Assembly: GCF_002854065.1 (NCBI RefSeq)
Contig: NZ_CP024147.1
DNA from: Escherichia coli
GTDB taxonomy: Bacteria > Pseudomonadota > Gammaproteobacteria > Enterobacterales > Enterobacteriaceae
Length of the DNA stretch: 64,000 nt
Strand: one strand, 5' to 3'
Shown here: positions 31,639 through 42,597 of the stretch, piece by piece
Numbering within the stretch: the first letter of the stretch is position 1
How the letters are laid out: each line of letters starts with the position of its first letter
Made by a program: the position numbers and the translations under genes
Notes under the pieces: generated by a model
Told to the model about the DNA's origin: nothing
Seen by the model: the letters and a program-made list of their open reading frames with translations, nothing else
Databases searched by the model: none

Positions 31639-31724
31639 ATATTGGCTATATTCAATGGACGCGTTTTGCCGCGATGACATATCAGGCGTCGCCAAATACA
31701 CATAGCTAATCAGGAGTAAACACA

Positions 31725-32774
31725 ATGAAGATCAAAGCTGTTGGTGCATATTCCGCTAAACAACCACTTGAACCGATGGATATCACCCGGCGTGAACCGG
31801 GACCGAATGATGTCAAAATCGAAATCGCTTACTGTGGCGTCTGCCATTCCGATCTCCACCAGGTCCGTTCCGAGTGGGCGGGGACGGTTTATCCCTGCGT
31901 GCCGGGTCATGAAATTGTGGGGCGTGTGGTAGCCGTTGGTGATCAGGTAAAAAAATATGCGCCGGGCGATCTGGTCGGTGTCGGCTGCATTGTCGACAGT
32001 TGTAAGCATTGCGAAGAGTGTGAAGACGGGCTGGAAAACTACTGTGATCACATGACCGGCACCTATAACTCGCCAACGCCGGACGAACCGGGCCATACTC
32101 TGGGCGGCTACTCACAACAGATCGTCGTTCATGAGCGATATGTTCTGCGTATTCGTCACCCGCAAGAGCAGCTGGCGGCGGTGGCTCCTTTGTTGTGTGC
32201 AGGGATCACCACGTACTCGCCGCTACGTTACTGGCAGGCCGGGCCGGGTAAAAAAGTGGGCGTGGTCGGCATCGGCGGTCTGGGACATATGGGGATTAAG
32301 CTGGCCCACGCGATGGGGGCACATGTGGTGGCATTTACCACTTCTGAGGCAAAACGCGAAGCGGCAAAAGCCCTGGGGGCCGATGAAGTTGTTAACTCAC
32401 GCAATGCCGATGAGATGGCGGCTCATCTGAAGAGTTTCGATTTCATTTTGAATACAGTAGCTGCGCCACATAATCTCGACGATTTTACCACCTTGCTGAA
32501 GCGTGATGGCACCATGACGCTGGTTGGTGCGCCTGCGACACCGCATAAATCGCCGGAAGTTTTCAACCTGATCATGAAACGCCGTGCGATAGCCGGTTCT
32601 ATGATTGGCGGCATTCCAGAAACTCAGGAGATGCTCGATTTTTGCGCCGAACATGGCATCGTGGCTGATATAGAGATGATTCGGGCCGATCAAATTAATG
32701 AAGCCTATGAGCGAATGCTGCGCGGTGATGTGAAATATCGTTTTGTTATCGATAATCGCACACTAACAGACTGA
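31725..32774 (+). CDS. yahK: NADPH-dependent aldehyde reductase YahK (zinc-type alcohol dehydrogenase)
   Basis: 349 aa; Zn-ADH motifs GHEIVG, CGVCHSD, GIGGLGH. Confidence 0.9.
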   Translation: MKIKAVGAYSAKQPLEPMDITRREPGPNDVKIEIAYCGVCHSDLHQVRSEWAGTVYPCVPGHEIVGRVVAVGDQVKKYAPGDLVGVGCIVDSCKHCEECEDGLENYCDHMTGTYNSPTPDEPGHTLGGYSQQIVVHERYVLRIRHPQEQLAAVAPLLCAGITTYSPLRYWQAGPGKKVGVVGIGGLGHMGIKLAHAMGAHVVAFTTSEAKREAAKALGADEVVNSRNADEMAAHLKSFDFILNTVAAPHNLDDFTTLLKRDGTMTLVGAPATPHKSPEVFNLIMKRRAIAGSMIGGIPETQEMLDFCAEHGIVADIEMIRADQINEAYERMLRGDVKYRFVIDNRTLTD

Positions 32775-32812
32775 AAAAATTAATAAATACCCTGTGATTT
32801 AACATATTAACT

Positions 32813-32849
32813 TCGCTCTCCACTTAACTTTTTAGTTAAGGAGAGCGAA
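32813..32849 (+). terminator. imperfect inverted repeat after yahK (cgctctcc...ggagagcg); putative terminator
   Basis: Read from sequence; no clear U-tract. Confidence 0.35.
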
Positions 32850-33528
32850 ATAATATCAAAGTAGCAGTAAAACCTATAACGTAAATTCAAATTGTTAAAT
32901 TAACTCCCTCCAGTACACAATACTTCTCACGTTAGTTATGAGCGATTTCTGATAGTGCCTGGTTTAATTAGAGCTTTATTATCTGCGACGTTTATTTTTA
33001 TTTAAGAGAGATCGCGATGATATCATTAAAAGCTCCGCGCAATAATTTGATGCCATATACGCAACAAAGCATACTTAATACGGTTAAAAACAATCAGTTA
33101 CCAGAGGATATCAAAAGCTCCCTGGTTTCCTGTGTCGATATATTCAAGGTTTTGATTAAACAATATTATGATTATCCTTATGATTGTCGTGATGATTTAG
33201 TCGATGACGACAAACTCATTCATCTCATGGCTGCCGTACGAGACTGTGAGTGGTCAGACGATAACGCACTCACCATAAATGTGCAGTTTAATGATTTCCC
33301 TGGATTTTATGACTGGATGGATTACCCTGATCACCCGGTTAAGTTTGTTTTTCGCATACTTGAAAATCAAAAAGGGACAGTTTGGGTATATGACCAGGAT
33401 GATGCGTTTCTTGATATTAAAGCAAATGTGCAGGCTGGACGCTTTACCGGGCTTAAGAAATTAGTGCAGTTTATCAATTCAGTGCGAACAGATTGCAAAT
33501 GTATTCTTCTTGAACACCATATGCCTTT

Positions 33529-33533
33529 GCTGA
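33529..33533. repeat. IS2 target-site duplication, left copy (GCTGA)
   Basis: Identical 5-mer immediately flanks both IS2 termini. Confidence 0.85.
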
Positions 33534-33544
33534 TGGATTTGCCC

Positions 33545-34450
33545 CTATATTTCCAGACATCTGTTATCACTTAACCCATTACAAGCCCGCTGCCGCAGAT
33601 ATTCCCGTGGCGAGCGATAACCCAGCGCACTATGCGGATGCCATTCGTTATAATGCTCGAACGCCTCTGCAAGGTTCTTTGCTGCCGTTAACCCGTCTGG
33701 TTTGGGCATGATACTGATGTAGTCACGCTTTATCGTTTTCACGAAGCTCTCTGCTATTCCGTTACTCTCCGGACTCCGCACCGCCGTGTTCTTCGGTTCA
33801 AGTCCCAACATCCGGGCGAACTGGCGTGTTTCATTAGCCCGGTAGCATGAACCATTATCCGTCAGCCACTCCACTGGAGACGACGGAAGATCGTTGCCGA
33901 AGCGGCGTTCCACCGCTCCCAGCATGACGTCCTGTACTGTTTCACTGTTGAAGCCGCCGGTAGTGACCGCCCAGTGCAGTGCCTCACGATCACAGCAGTC
34001 CAGCGCGAACGTGACACGCAGTCTCTCTCCGTTATCACAGCAGAACTCGAACCCGTCAGAGCACCATCGCTGATTGCTTTCTTTCACGGCCACTCTGCCT
34101 GTATGTGCCCGTTTCGATGGCGGTACAGCAGGTTTTCGCTCAAGCAACAGCGCATTCTGGCGCATGATCCGGTAAACACGTTTGGCATTGATCGCAGGCA
34201 TACCATCAAGTTCTGCCTGTCTGCGAAGCAGCGCCCATACCCGACGATAACCATACGTGGGCAGCTCTCCGATAACATGGTGTATACGGAGAAGCACATC
34301 CGTATCATCAGTGTGACGACTGCGGCGGCCATCCATCCAGTCATCGGTTCGTCTGAGAATGACGTGCAACTGCGCACGCGACACCCGGAGACAACGGCTG
34401 ACTAAGCTTACTCCCCATCCCCGGGCAATAAGGGCGCGTGCGCTATCCAC
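33545..34450 (-). CDS. insD: IS2 transposase OrfB (InsD), DDE integrase domain
   Basis: 301-aa ORF inside the IS2 element with IS3-family transposase catalytic domain. Confidence 0.9.
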
Positions 34451-34773
34451 TTTTTTGCCCGTCCATATTCAACGGCTTCTTTGAGGAGTTCATTTTCCAT
34501 CGTTTTCTTGCCGAGCAGGCGCTGGAGTTCTTTAATCTGCTTCATGGCGGCAGCAAGTTCAGAGGCAGGAACAACCTGTTCTCCGGCGGCGACAGCAGTA
34601 AGACTTCCTTCCTGGTATTGCTTACGCCAGAGAAATAACTGGCTGGCTGCTACACCATGTTGCCGGGCAACGAGGGAGACCGTCATCCCCGGTTCAAAGC
34701 TCTGCTGAACAATTGCGATCTTTTCCTGTGTGGTACGCCGTCTGCGTTTCTCCGGCCCTAAGACATCAATCAT
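34408..34773 (-). CDS. insC: IS2 OrfA (InsC), HTH transposase N-terminal protein
   Basis: ORF track 34408..34818; start at [18 protein letters not shown] (121 aa); overlaps insD in -1 frame as expected for IS3-family frameshift. Confidence 0.9.
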
Positions 34774-34864
34774 CTGTTCTCCAATGACTAGTCTAAAAAC
34801 TAGTATTAAGACTATCACTTATTTAAGTGATATTGGTTGTCTGGAGATTCAGGGGGCCAGTCTA

Positions 34865-34869
34865 GCTGA
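34865..34869. repeat. IS2 target-site duplication, right copy (GCTGA)
   Basis: See left copy. Confidence 0.85.
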
Positions 34870-35580
34870 GACTTTTCCCTAAAGGGAAAGAGTGTATGCA
34901 TGTGGAAAAATGGCTTCGCGAAATGTCGTCTATTCCGGAGACAGACGCGCCCATTAAGCAGGCGCTTGCGCATGGATTATTATTACACTTAAAAAATATC
35001 TACCCTGTTTTTCCTGAATCACTGGTGATGTTATTGCTCTCTGTTCTGGACGTAAAAACATACAGAGATGATGCACGATTAAATGAATGGATATCTAATA
35101 GAGTGCAGGAATTAGGTGACAGATATTATCCTGTAAATAAGCACGTTAAAATTCGCTACACTCTTTAGTTCAGAAAGGGTTCCACCTGCAAGTTGTTATT
35201 CCACCAGAGAGTGAATCGCAATGCAGGTAATCATTTCATCTGTATATCTGTATGCCAACTGGCATTCCATCTCTTTTTTCGCCGATATTTTGTTGTGATC
35301 GGCGACACTTCGCTTAAAAAAGCACCAGTAGTGGTTTCGCAGCCATGCGGTGTATAAAAAATGATCTCATGCAGATGTTTTGTGAATGTGTGGGTTGACA
35401 TTCATATGAAAAAAATCATAATTCCATCATGTTTGTGTGGGGTCTTTTCTGTATCTTACGCATCGCACTCAAGCCTGACAGAAAATATGCTGTAAGGCTC
35501 ATATCAAAAACCGCCATTAGCTCATCAGGAAGAGCAGACGACAACCAGGATTGTTGTATGGTACGGGGTTCGAGGCCTCG

Positions 35581-35826
35581 ATGGCGGTCCAACTTTTCAA
35601 AACTCTTCTGAATCAGATCCCCTTATTATCATCCCTGCAAAGTGGAACATTGCCATTGTTTGGCTATTCAGGACGGGTCAGACCAATGAAAAAAGCCCAC
35701 ACAGGGGAGAGTGGGCTGAAATGGGAAGCTAAAGACTCAAGTAAACTTATCGGAAATAAGGACCACGCATTACGGGGGCTATCATCGCCGATGGTCGGGA
35801 TTCGGCAAATCAGGTTGATTACGTAG
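35581..35826 (+). CDS. yahM: small uncharacterised protein YahM
   Basis: ORF track 35551..35826; start guessed at MAVQLFK (81 aa); identification from position and length recall only. Confidence 0.5.
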   Translation: MAVQLFKTLLNQIPLLSSLQSGTLPLFGYSGRVRPMKKAHTGESGLKWEAKDSSKLIGNKDHALRGLSSPMVGIRQIRLIT

Positions 35827-35842
35827 AGAGTAAATTATCTGC

Positions 35843-36514
35843 TCACCGCTGCGTCACCCCTTCGTAAATCAGGCGTAGCGCGAATACACCAATAATTGCA
35901 CCAATAACCCGACTGGCAACGCGTTGCATACGCCCATAAGCATGACGCACAGCGGGCAAAGAAAACGCCTGACTAAGAAAAACTCGCCAGATAATTGATG
36001 CGAGCACAATCCCCGCCCAGGCCATTAAACGTGCCCATGTTGGTGTTTCGGCATTTAATGTTACTGAGAAAATACTAATAAAAAATAAAACGGTTTGTGG
36101 GTTAGAGAGATCGGTAATTAATCCACGGCGAAAAAAGACATACCAGGGGGCGTTAATCGGTTGTTGTAGTGTGCTCATTTGCGGTGTTGACTGGCGGCGC
36201 ATGCTGCACCACGCAAACCATAAGAGATAAGCGCCGCCGACGATTCTGATAAGCGAAAAAATCTCCTCACACTGCGTAATTAGCGTTGCAAGACCAAACA
36301 AACCCAACCCGGAATAAAATGCATCGCCCAGCGCCACGCCCAGTCCGGTCAGCACTCCTGCGCGTCGACCGGAAGCCAGGCTGGTTTGTACTACCACAAA
36401 AAGATTGGCTCCCGGATTAAAAAAAGTAATCACGAACAGTCCTACGGTCAGGTAAACGGCATGCAAAGGATCCATAGTGATTTCATCCATAAATAAGTGA
36501 ACTAACTGCATCAT
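35843..36514 (-). CDS. yahN: LysE/RhtB-family amino-acid exporter YahN
   Basis: 223-aa multi-TM ORF. Confidence 0.8.
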   Translation of the reverse strand: MMQLVHLFMDEITMDPLHAVYLTVGLFVITFFNPGANLFVVVQTSLASGRRAGVLTGLGVALGDAFYSGLGLFGLATLITQCEEIFSLIRIVGGAYLLWFAWCSMRRQSTPQMSTLQQPINAPWYVFFRRGLITDLSNPQTVLFFISIFSVTLNAETPTWARLMAWAGIVLASIIWRVFLSQAFSLPAVRHAYGRMQRVASRVIGAIIGVFALRLIYEGVTQR

Positions 36515-36660
36515 ATTTCTACCAAAAATAATCGGGTGCGAGAGAGATCACAAAGTGTCTTATTTCCGGTTACTGGCGTTTATGCCCTGACTGAACTAAT
36601 TATTAATCAACCCAATAATGTCGGTGGGTGATAGTGTGATAACAACTCTGGAGCCGTAAT

Positions 36661-36936
36661 ATGAAAATAATCTCTAAAATGTTAGTCGGTGCGTTAGCGT
36701 TTGCCGTTACCAATGTCTATGCCGCTGAATTGATGACCAAAGCGGAATTTGAAAAAGTTGAATCGCAGTATGAAAAAATAGGTGATATTTCAACCAGTAA
36801 TGAAATGTCGACTGCAGATGCAAAAGAAGATTTAATCAAAAAAGCCGATGAAAAAGGGGCTGATGTGTTGGTACTGACCTCCGGTCAAACTGACAATAAG
36901 ATCCACGGCACGGCGGATATTTATAAGAAGAAGTAA
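36661..36936 (+). CDS. yahO: periplasmic DUF1471 (YdgH/BhsA/McbA family) protein YahO
   Basis: 91 aa with signal peptide (…NVYAAE). Confidence 0.8.
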   Translation: MKIISKMLVGALAFAVTNVYAAELMTKAEFEKVESQYEKIGDISTSNEMSTADAKEDLIKKADEKGADVLVLTSGQTDNKIHGTADIYKKK

Positions 36937-37033
36937 TTCTGAATCCTATGTAAACATCCCCGATGCGTAAGTTTATCGGTGATCATCTATTGAAATTTAT
37001 GCCGGATAAAGCGTTCGCTCTGCATTCGGCAGT

Positions 37034-38620
37034 TCAGCTTTTCAGCCGCCGCCAGAACGTCGTCCGGCTGATGCCTAAATAATTCGCCGCTGCTGTTTTA
37101 TCGCCATTAAATTTCTCCAGTGCCTGTTGTGGTGTCAGCAAGCGTGGAGCGGGAATTTTCGCCGACTCGCGCGCCAGTTCCGGCAGTAGCAGCTGCAAAA
37201 ACTGCGGCGTTAAATCCGGCGTCGGTTCCACACTTAAAAACAGCGCCAGTCGCTCCATCATATTGCGCAGTTCTCGAATATTGCCCGGCCAGTCGTAGCG
37301 CAGCAGCACAGTTTCACTTGCCTGTAACCCCTGGCGTAATGCAGCAGAAAATGGGGCGGAGAGCGCCGCCAGAGACACTTTCAAAAAACTTTCCGCCAGT
37401 GGCAGAATATCTGCCACCCGCTCGCGCAGTGGTGGCAATTGCAGACGCAAAATACTCAGCCGATAAAACAGATCACGGCGAAAACGTCCTTGCTGCATAT
37501 CTTCTTCCAGATTGCAGTGAGTGGCGCTAATGACCCGTACATCTACCGGAACAGGCTGATGCCCGCCGACGCGGGTGACCTCTTTTTCTTCCAGCACCCG
37601 TAACAGGCGAGTCTGCAAAGGTAGCGGCATTTCGCCAATCTCATCCAGAAACAGCGTACCGCCGTGGGCAATTTCGAACAGCCCGGCGCGACCTCCGCGT
37701 CGCGAGCCGGTAAACGCCCCTTCCTCATAGCCAAACAGCTCCGATTCCAGCAGCGATTCGGCTATCGCCCCGCAGTTGACGGCAACAAACGGATGCGACT
37801 TTTTGCCCTGTCGCGCATCGTGGCGGGCAAAATATTCCCGATGAATCGCCTGGGCCGCCAGCTCTTTGCCCGTCCCCGTTTCCCCCTCAATCAACACCGC
37901 TGCACTGGAGCGGGCATACAGCAAAATAGTCTGCCGTACTTGTTCCATCGGTGGTGATTGACCGAGCATATCGCCCAGCACGTAACGAGTACGCAGGGCG
38001 TTACGGGTAGCATCGTGAGTGTTATGGCGTAACGACATGCGCGTCATATCCCGCGCATCGCTGAACGCCTGGCGCACGGTGGCGGCGGAATAGATAAAAA
38101 TTCCGGTCATTCCGGCTTCTTCTGCCAGATCGGTAATCAGCCCCGCACCGACCACCGCTTCGGTGCCGTTAGCTTTTAGCTCGTTAATCTGCCCGCGTGC
38201 GTCTTCTTCGGTAATGTAGCTACGTTGGTCGAGGCGCAAATTAAAGGTTTTTTGAAACGCCACCAGTGCCGGAATAGTTTCCTGATAAGTGACAACGCCG
38301 ATAGAAGAGGTGAGTTTTCCGGCTTTTGACAGTGCCTGTAACACATCGTAGCCGCTCGGTTTAATCAAAATAACTGGTACTGACAGGCGGCTTTTCAGGT
38401 ACGCGCCGTTAGAGCCAGCAGCGATGATGGCGTCACAGCGTTCGTTTGCCAGTTTCTTGCGGATGTAGGTCACTGCTTTTTCAAAGCCAAGCTGAATAGG
38501 GGTAATGTTCGCCAGGTGATCAAACTCGAGGCTGATATCGCGAAACAGCTCGAACAGGCGCGTTACAGATACCGTCCAGATAACCGGTTTGTCGTCATTA
38601 AGCCGTGGTGGATGTGCCAT
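37034..38620 (-). CDS. prpR: sigma-54-dependent activator of propionate catabolism PrpR
   Basis: ORF track 37034..38632; start at MAHPPRL (528 aa); AAA+ sigma-54 interaction motifs ([14 protein letters not shown]) and C-terminal Fis-type HTH. Confidence 0.9.
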   Translation of the reverse strand: MAHPPRLNDDKPVIWTVSVTRLFELFRDISLEFDHLANITPIQLGFEKAVTYIRKKLANERCDAIIAAGSNGAYLKSRLSVPVILIKPSGYDVLQALSKAGKLTSSIGVVTYQETIPALVAFQKTFNLRLDQRSYITEEDARGQINELKANGTEAVVGAGLITDLAEEAGMTGIFIYSAATVRQAFSDARDMTRMSLRHNTHDATRNALRTRYVLGDMLGQSPPMEQVRQTILLYARSSAAVLIEGETGTGKELAAQAIHREYFARHDARQGKKSHPFVAVNCGAIAESLLESELFGYEEGAFTGSRRGGRAGLFEIAHGGTLFLDEIGEMPLPLQTRLLRVLEEKEVTRVGGHQPVPVDVRVISATHCNLEEDMQQGRFRRDLFYRLSILRLQLPPLRERVADILPLAESFLKVSLAALSAPFSAALRQGLQASETVLLRYDWPGNIRELRNMMERLALFLSVEPTPDLTPQFLQLLLPELARESAKIPAPRLLTPQQALEKFNGDKTAAANYLGISRTTFWRRLKS

Positions 38621-38806
38621 AGCGCACCGCAAAGTTAAGAAACCGAATATTGGGTTTAGCCTTGTTTCATAATTGTTGCAATGAAACGCGGTGAAACATT
38701 GCCTGAAACGTTAACTGAAACGCATATTTGCGGATTAGTTCATGATTTTATCTCTAACAAATTGAAATTAAAGATTTAATTTTATTAAGGCAATTGTGGC
38801 ACACCC

Positions 38807-38822
38807 CTTGCTTTGTGATTAT
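38807..38822 (+). promoter_or_regulatory. sigma-54 promoter of prpBCDE (TGGCAC-N5-TTGC)
   Basis: tggcacaccccttgct matches the -24 GG / -12 GC consensus exactly, 37 bp upstream of prpB start. Confidence 0.8.
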
Positions 38823-38858
38823 CAACGCAAATAACAAGTTGATAACAAAGGATGGGCT

Positions 38859-39749
38859 ATGTCTCTACACTCTCCAGGTAAAGCGTTTCGCGCTGCACTA
38901 AGCAAAGAAACCCCGTTGCAAATTGTTGGCACCATCAACGCTAACCATGCGCTGCTGGCGCAGCGTGCCGGATATCAGGCAATTTATCTCTCCGGCGGTG
39001 GCGTGGCGGCAGGGTCGCTGGGGCTGCCCGATCTCGGTATTTCTACTCTTGATGACGTGTTGACAGATATTCGCCGTATCACCGACGTTTGTTCGCTGCC
39101 GCTGCTGGTGGATGCGGATATCGGTTTTGGTTCTTCGGCCTTTAACGTGGCGCGCACCGTGAAATCGATGATTAAAGCTGGTGCGGCAGGATTGCATATT
39201 GAAGATCAGGTTGGTGCGAAACGCTGCGGTCATCGTCCGAATAAAGCGATCGTCTCGAAAGAGGAGATGGTGGATCGGATCCGTGCGGCGGTGGATGCGA
39301 AAACCGATCCTGATTTTGTGATCATGGCGCGCACCGATGCGCTGGCGGTAGAGGGGCTGGATGCGGCGATCGAGCGTGCGCAGGCCTATGTTGAAGCGGG
39401 TGCCGAGATGTTGTTCCCGGAGGCGATTACCGAACTCGCCATGTACCGCCAGTTTGCCGATGCGGTGCAGGTGCCAATCCTCGCCAACATTACCGAATTT
39501 GGCGCCACGCCGCTGTTTACCACCGACGAATTACGCAGCGCTCATGTCGCGATGGCGCTGTACCCGCTTTCAGCGTTTCGCGCCATGAACCGCGCCGCCG
39601 AACATGTCTACAACGTCCTGCGCCAGGAAGGCACGCAGAAAAGCGTCATCGACACCATGCAGACCCGCAACGAGCTGTACGAAAGCATCAACTACTACCA
39701 GTACGAAGAGAAGCTCGACGACCTGTTTGCCCGTAGCCAGGCGAAATAA
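38859..39749 (+). CDS. prpB: 2-methylisocitrate lyase PrpB
   Basis: 296 aa; PEP mutase/isocitrate lyase family motifs. Confidence 0.95.
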   Translation: MSLHSPGKAFRAALSKETPLQIVGTINANHALLAQRAGYQAIYLSGGGVAAGSLGLPDLGISTLDDVLTDIRRITDVCSLPLLVDADIGFGSSAFNVARTVKSMIKAGAAGLHIEDQVGAKRCGHRPNKAIVSKEEMVDRIRAAVDAKTDPDFVIMARTDALAVEGLDAAIERAQAYVEAGAEMLFPEAITELAMYRQFADAVQVPILANITEFGATPLFTTDELRSAHVAMALYPLSAFRAMNRAAEHVYNVLRQEGTQKSVIDTMQTRNELYESINYYQYEEKLDDLFARSQAK

Positions 39750-39769
39750 AAAACGCCCGTTGGTTGTAT

Positions 39770-39860
39770 TCGACAACCGATGCCTGATGCGCCGCTGACG
39801 CGACTTATCAGGCCTACGGGGTGAACTGTAGGTCGGATAAGACGCATGGCGTCGCATCCG
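39770..39860. repeat. REP elements between prpB and prpC
   Basis: gcctgatgcgccgctgacgcgacttatcaggcctac and tgtaggtcggataagacgcatggcgtcgcatccgac REP-type palindromes. Confidence 0.8.
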
Positions 39861-39904
39861 ACAACAATCTCGACCCTACAAATGATAACAATGACGAGGA
39901 CAAT

Positions 39905-41073
39905 ATGAGCGACACAACGATCCTGCAAAACAGTACCCATGTCATTAAACCGAAAAAATCTGTGGCGCTTTCTGGCGTTCCGGCGGGCAATACGGCGCTC
40001 TGCACCGTGGGTAAAAGTGGCAATGACTTGCATTACCGTGGCTACGATATTCTTGATCTGGCGGAACATTGCGAATTTGAAGAAGTGGCGCATCTGCTGA
40101 TCCACGGCAAACTGCCGACCCGTGACGAACTCGCCGCCTACAAAACGAAACTGAAAGCCCTGCGCGGTTTACCGGCTAACGTGCGTACCGTGCTGGAAGC
40201 CTTACCGGCGGGTCACACCCGATGGATGTTATGCGCACCGGCGTTTCCGCGCTCGGCTGCACGCTGCCAGAAAAAGAGGGGCATACCGTCTCTGGCGCGC
40301 GGGATATTGCCGACAAACTGCTGGCGTCACTTAGCTCGATTCTTCTCTACTGGTATCACTACAGCCATAACGGCGAACGCATCCAGCCGGAAACCGATGA
40401 CGACTCCATCGGCGGTCACTTCCTGCATCTGCTGCACGGCGAAAAGCCGTCGCAAAGCTGGGAAAAGGCGATGCATATTTCGCTGGTGCTGTACGCCGAA
40501 CACGAGTTTAACGCTTCCACCTTTACCAGTCGGGTGATTGCGGGCACCGGCTCTGATATGTATTCCGCGATTATTGGCGCGATTGGCGCACTGCGCGGGC
40601 CGAAACACGGCGGGGCGAATGAAGTGTCGCTGGAGATCCAGCAACGCTACGAAACGCCAGACGAAGCCGAAGCAGATATCCGCAAGCGCGTGGAAAACAA
40701 AGAAGTGGTCATTGGTTTTGGGCATCCGGTTTATACCATCGCCGACCCGCGCCACCAGGTGATTAAACGTGTGGCGAAGCAGCTCTCGCAGGAAGGCGGC
40801 TCGCTGAAGATGTACAACATCGCCGATCGCCTGGAAACGGTGATGTGGGAGAGCAAAAAGATGTTCCCCAATCTCGACTGGTTCTCCGCTGTTTCCTACA
40901 ACATGATGGGCGTTCCCACCGAGATGTTCACACCACTGTTTGTTATCGCTCGCGTCACCGGCTGGGCGGCGCACATTATCGAACAACGTCAGGACAACAA
41001 AATTATCCGTCCTTCCGCCAATTATGTTGGACCGGAAGACCGCCAGTTTGTCGCGCTGGATAAGCGCCAGTAA
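39905..41073 (+). pseudogene. prpC: prpC (2-methylcitrate synthase) with -1 frameshift near 40205-40215
   Basis: Frame from ATG 39905 (MSDTTILQNSTHVIKPKK…) leaves the citrate-synthase sequence after …VLEALPA and stops at 40537; remainder ([13 protein letters not shown]… to KRQ) is in the -1 frame (ORF 40222..41073). Confidence 0.8.
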
Positions 41074-41106
41074 ACCTCTACGAATAACAATAAGGAAACG
41101 TACCCA

Positions 41107-42558
41107 ATGTCAGCTCAAATCAACAACATCCGCCCGGAATTTGATCGTGAAATCGTTGATATCGTCGATTACGTGATGAACTACGAAATCAGCTCCAAAG
41201 TGGCCTACGACACCGCACATTACTGCCTGCTCGACACGCTCGGCTGCGGTCTTGAAGCTCTCGAATACCCGGCCTGTAAAAAACTGCTGGGGCCAATTGT
41301 CCCCGGCACCGTCGTACCTAACGGCGTGCGCGTCCCCGGAACTCAGTTCCAGCTCGACCCCGTCCAGGCGGCATTTAACATCGGCGCGATGATCCGTTGG
41401 CTCGATTTCAACGATACCTGGCTGGCGGCGGAGTGGGGGCATCCTTCCGACAACCTCGGCGGCATTCTGGCAACGGCAGACTGGCTTTCGCGCAACGCGG
41501 TCGCCAGCGGCAAAGCGCCGTTGACCATGAAACAGGTGCTGACCGGAATGATTAAAGCCCATGAAATTCAGGGCTGCATCGCGCTGGAAAACTCCTTTAA
41601 CCGCGTCGGCCTCGACCACGTTCTGTTAGTGAAAGTGGCTTCCACCGCCGTGGTCGCCGAAATACTTGGCCTGACCCGCGAGGAAATTCTCAACGCTGTT
41701 TCGCTGGCGTGGGTGGACGGTCAGTCGCTGCGCACCTATCGCCATGCGCCGAACACCGGCACGCGTAAATCCTGGGCGGCGGGCGATGCCACTTCCCGCG
41801 CGGTACGTCTGGCACTGATGGCGAAAACGGGCGAAATGGGTTACCCGTCAGCCCTGACTGCGCCTGGGTGGGGCTTCTACGACGTCTCCTTTAAAGGTGA
41901 GTCGTTCCGCTTCCAGCGTCCGTACGGTTCTTACGTGATGGAAAATGTGCTGTTCAAAATCTCCTTCCCGGCGGAGTTCCACTCCCAGACGGCAGTTGAA
42001 GCGGCGATGACGCTCTATGAACAGATGCAGGCAGCAGGCAAAACGGCGGCGGATATCGAAAAAGTGACCATTCGCACCCACGAAGCCTGTATTCGCATCA
42101 TCGACAAAAAAGGGCCGCTCAATAACCCAGCAGACCGCGATCACTGCATTCAGTACATGGTGGCGATCCCGCTGCTATTCGGGCGCTTAACGGCGGCAGA
42201 TTACGAGGGCAACGTTGCGCAAGATAAACGCATTGACGCCCTGCGCGAGAAGATCAATTGCTTTGAAGATCCGTCATTTACCGCTGACTACCACGACCCG
42301 GAAAAACGCGCTATTGCCAATGCCATAACCCTTGAGTTCACCGACGGCACGCGCTTTGAAGAAGTGGTGGTGGAGTACCCCATTGGTCATGCTCGCCGCC
42401 GTCAGGATGGCATTCCGAAGCTGGTCGATAAATTCAAAATCAATCTCGCGCGCCAGTTCCCGACTCGCCAGCAGCAGCGCATTCTGGAGGTTTCTCTCGA
42501 CAGAACTCGCCTGGAACAGATGCCGGTCAATGAGTATCTCGACCTGTACGTCATTTAA
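41107..42558 (+). CDS. prpD: 2-methylcitrate dehydratase PrpD
   Basis: 483-aa ORF, MmgE/PrpD family. Confidence 0.95.
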   Translation: MSAQINNIRPEFDREIVDIVDYVMNYEISSKVAYDTAHYCLLDTLGCGLEALEYPACKKLLGPIVPGTVVPNGVRVPGTQFQLDPVQAAFNIGAMIRWLDFNDTWLAAEWGHPSDNLGGILATADWLSRNAVASGKAPLTMKQVLTGMIKAHEIQGCIALENSFNRVGLDHVLLVKVASTAVVAEILGLTREEILNAVSLAWVDGQSLRTYRHAPNTGTRKSWAAGDATSRAVRLALMAKTGEMGYPSALTAPGWGFYDVSFKGESFRFQRPYGSYVMENVLFKISFPAEFHSQTAVEAAMTLYEQMQAAGKTAADIEKVTIRTHEACIRIIDKKGPLNNPADRDHCIQYMVAIPLLFGRLTAADYEGNVAQDKRIDALREKINCFEDPSFTADYHDPEKRAIANAITLEFTDGTRFEEVVVEYPIGHARRRQDGIPKLVDKFKINLARQFPTRQQQRILEVSLDRTRLEQMPVNEYLDLYVI

Positions 42559-42597
42559 GCAAACAGCGGTAAGGCGTAATTTCAACAGGAGAGCATT

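Larger units (their letters stand above)
33534..34864 (-). mobile_element. IS2 insertion sequence (IS3 family), complete 1331 bp
   Basis: Termini match recalled IS2 inverted repeats (TGGATTTGCCCCTATATTTCCAGACA… at 33534 and …GGAGATTCAGGGGGCCAGTCTA ending 34864); encodes InsC and InsD; flanked by 5-bp direct repeat. Confidence 0.9.
33017..35168 (+). pseudogene. yahL: yahL disrupted by IS2 insertion (N-terminal 172 codons 33017..33533; remainder 34870..35168)
   Basis: N-terminal ORF runs into the IS2 end; removing IS2 plus one copy of the 5-bp duplication restores one continuous 271-codon frame (…HHMPLL-RLFPKGKEC-MHVEKWLREM…). Confidence 0.85.

Noticed and set aside
40195-40225. prpC frameshift as programmed ribosomal frameshifting
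   Set aside because: No slippery heptamer or downstream pseudoknot/hairpin; citrate synthases are not known to use recoding.
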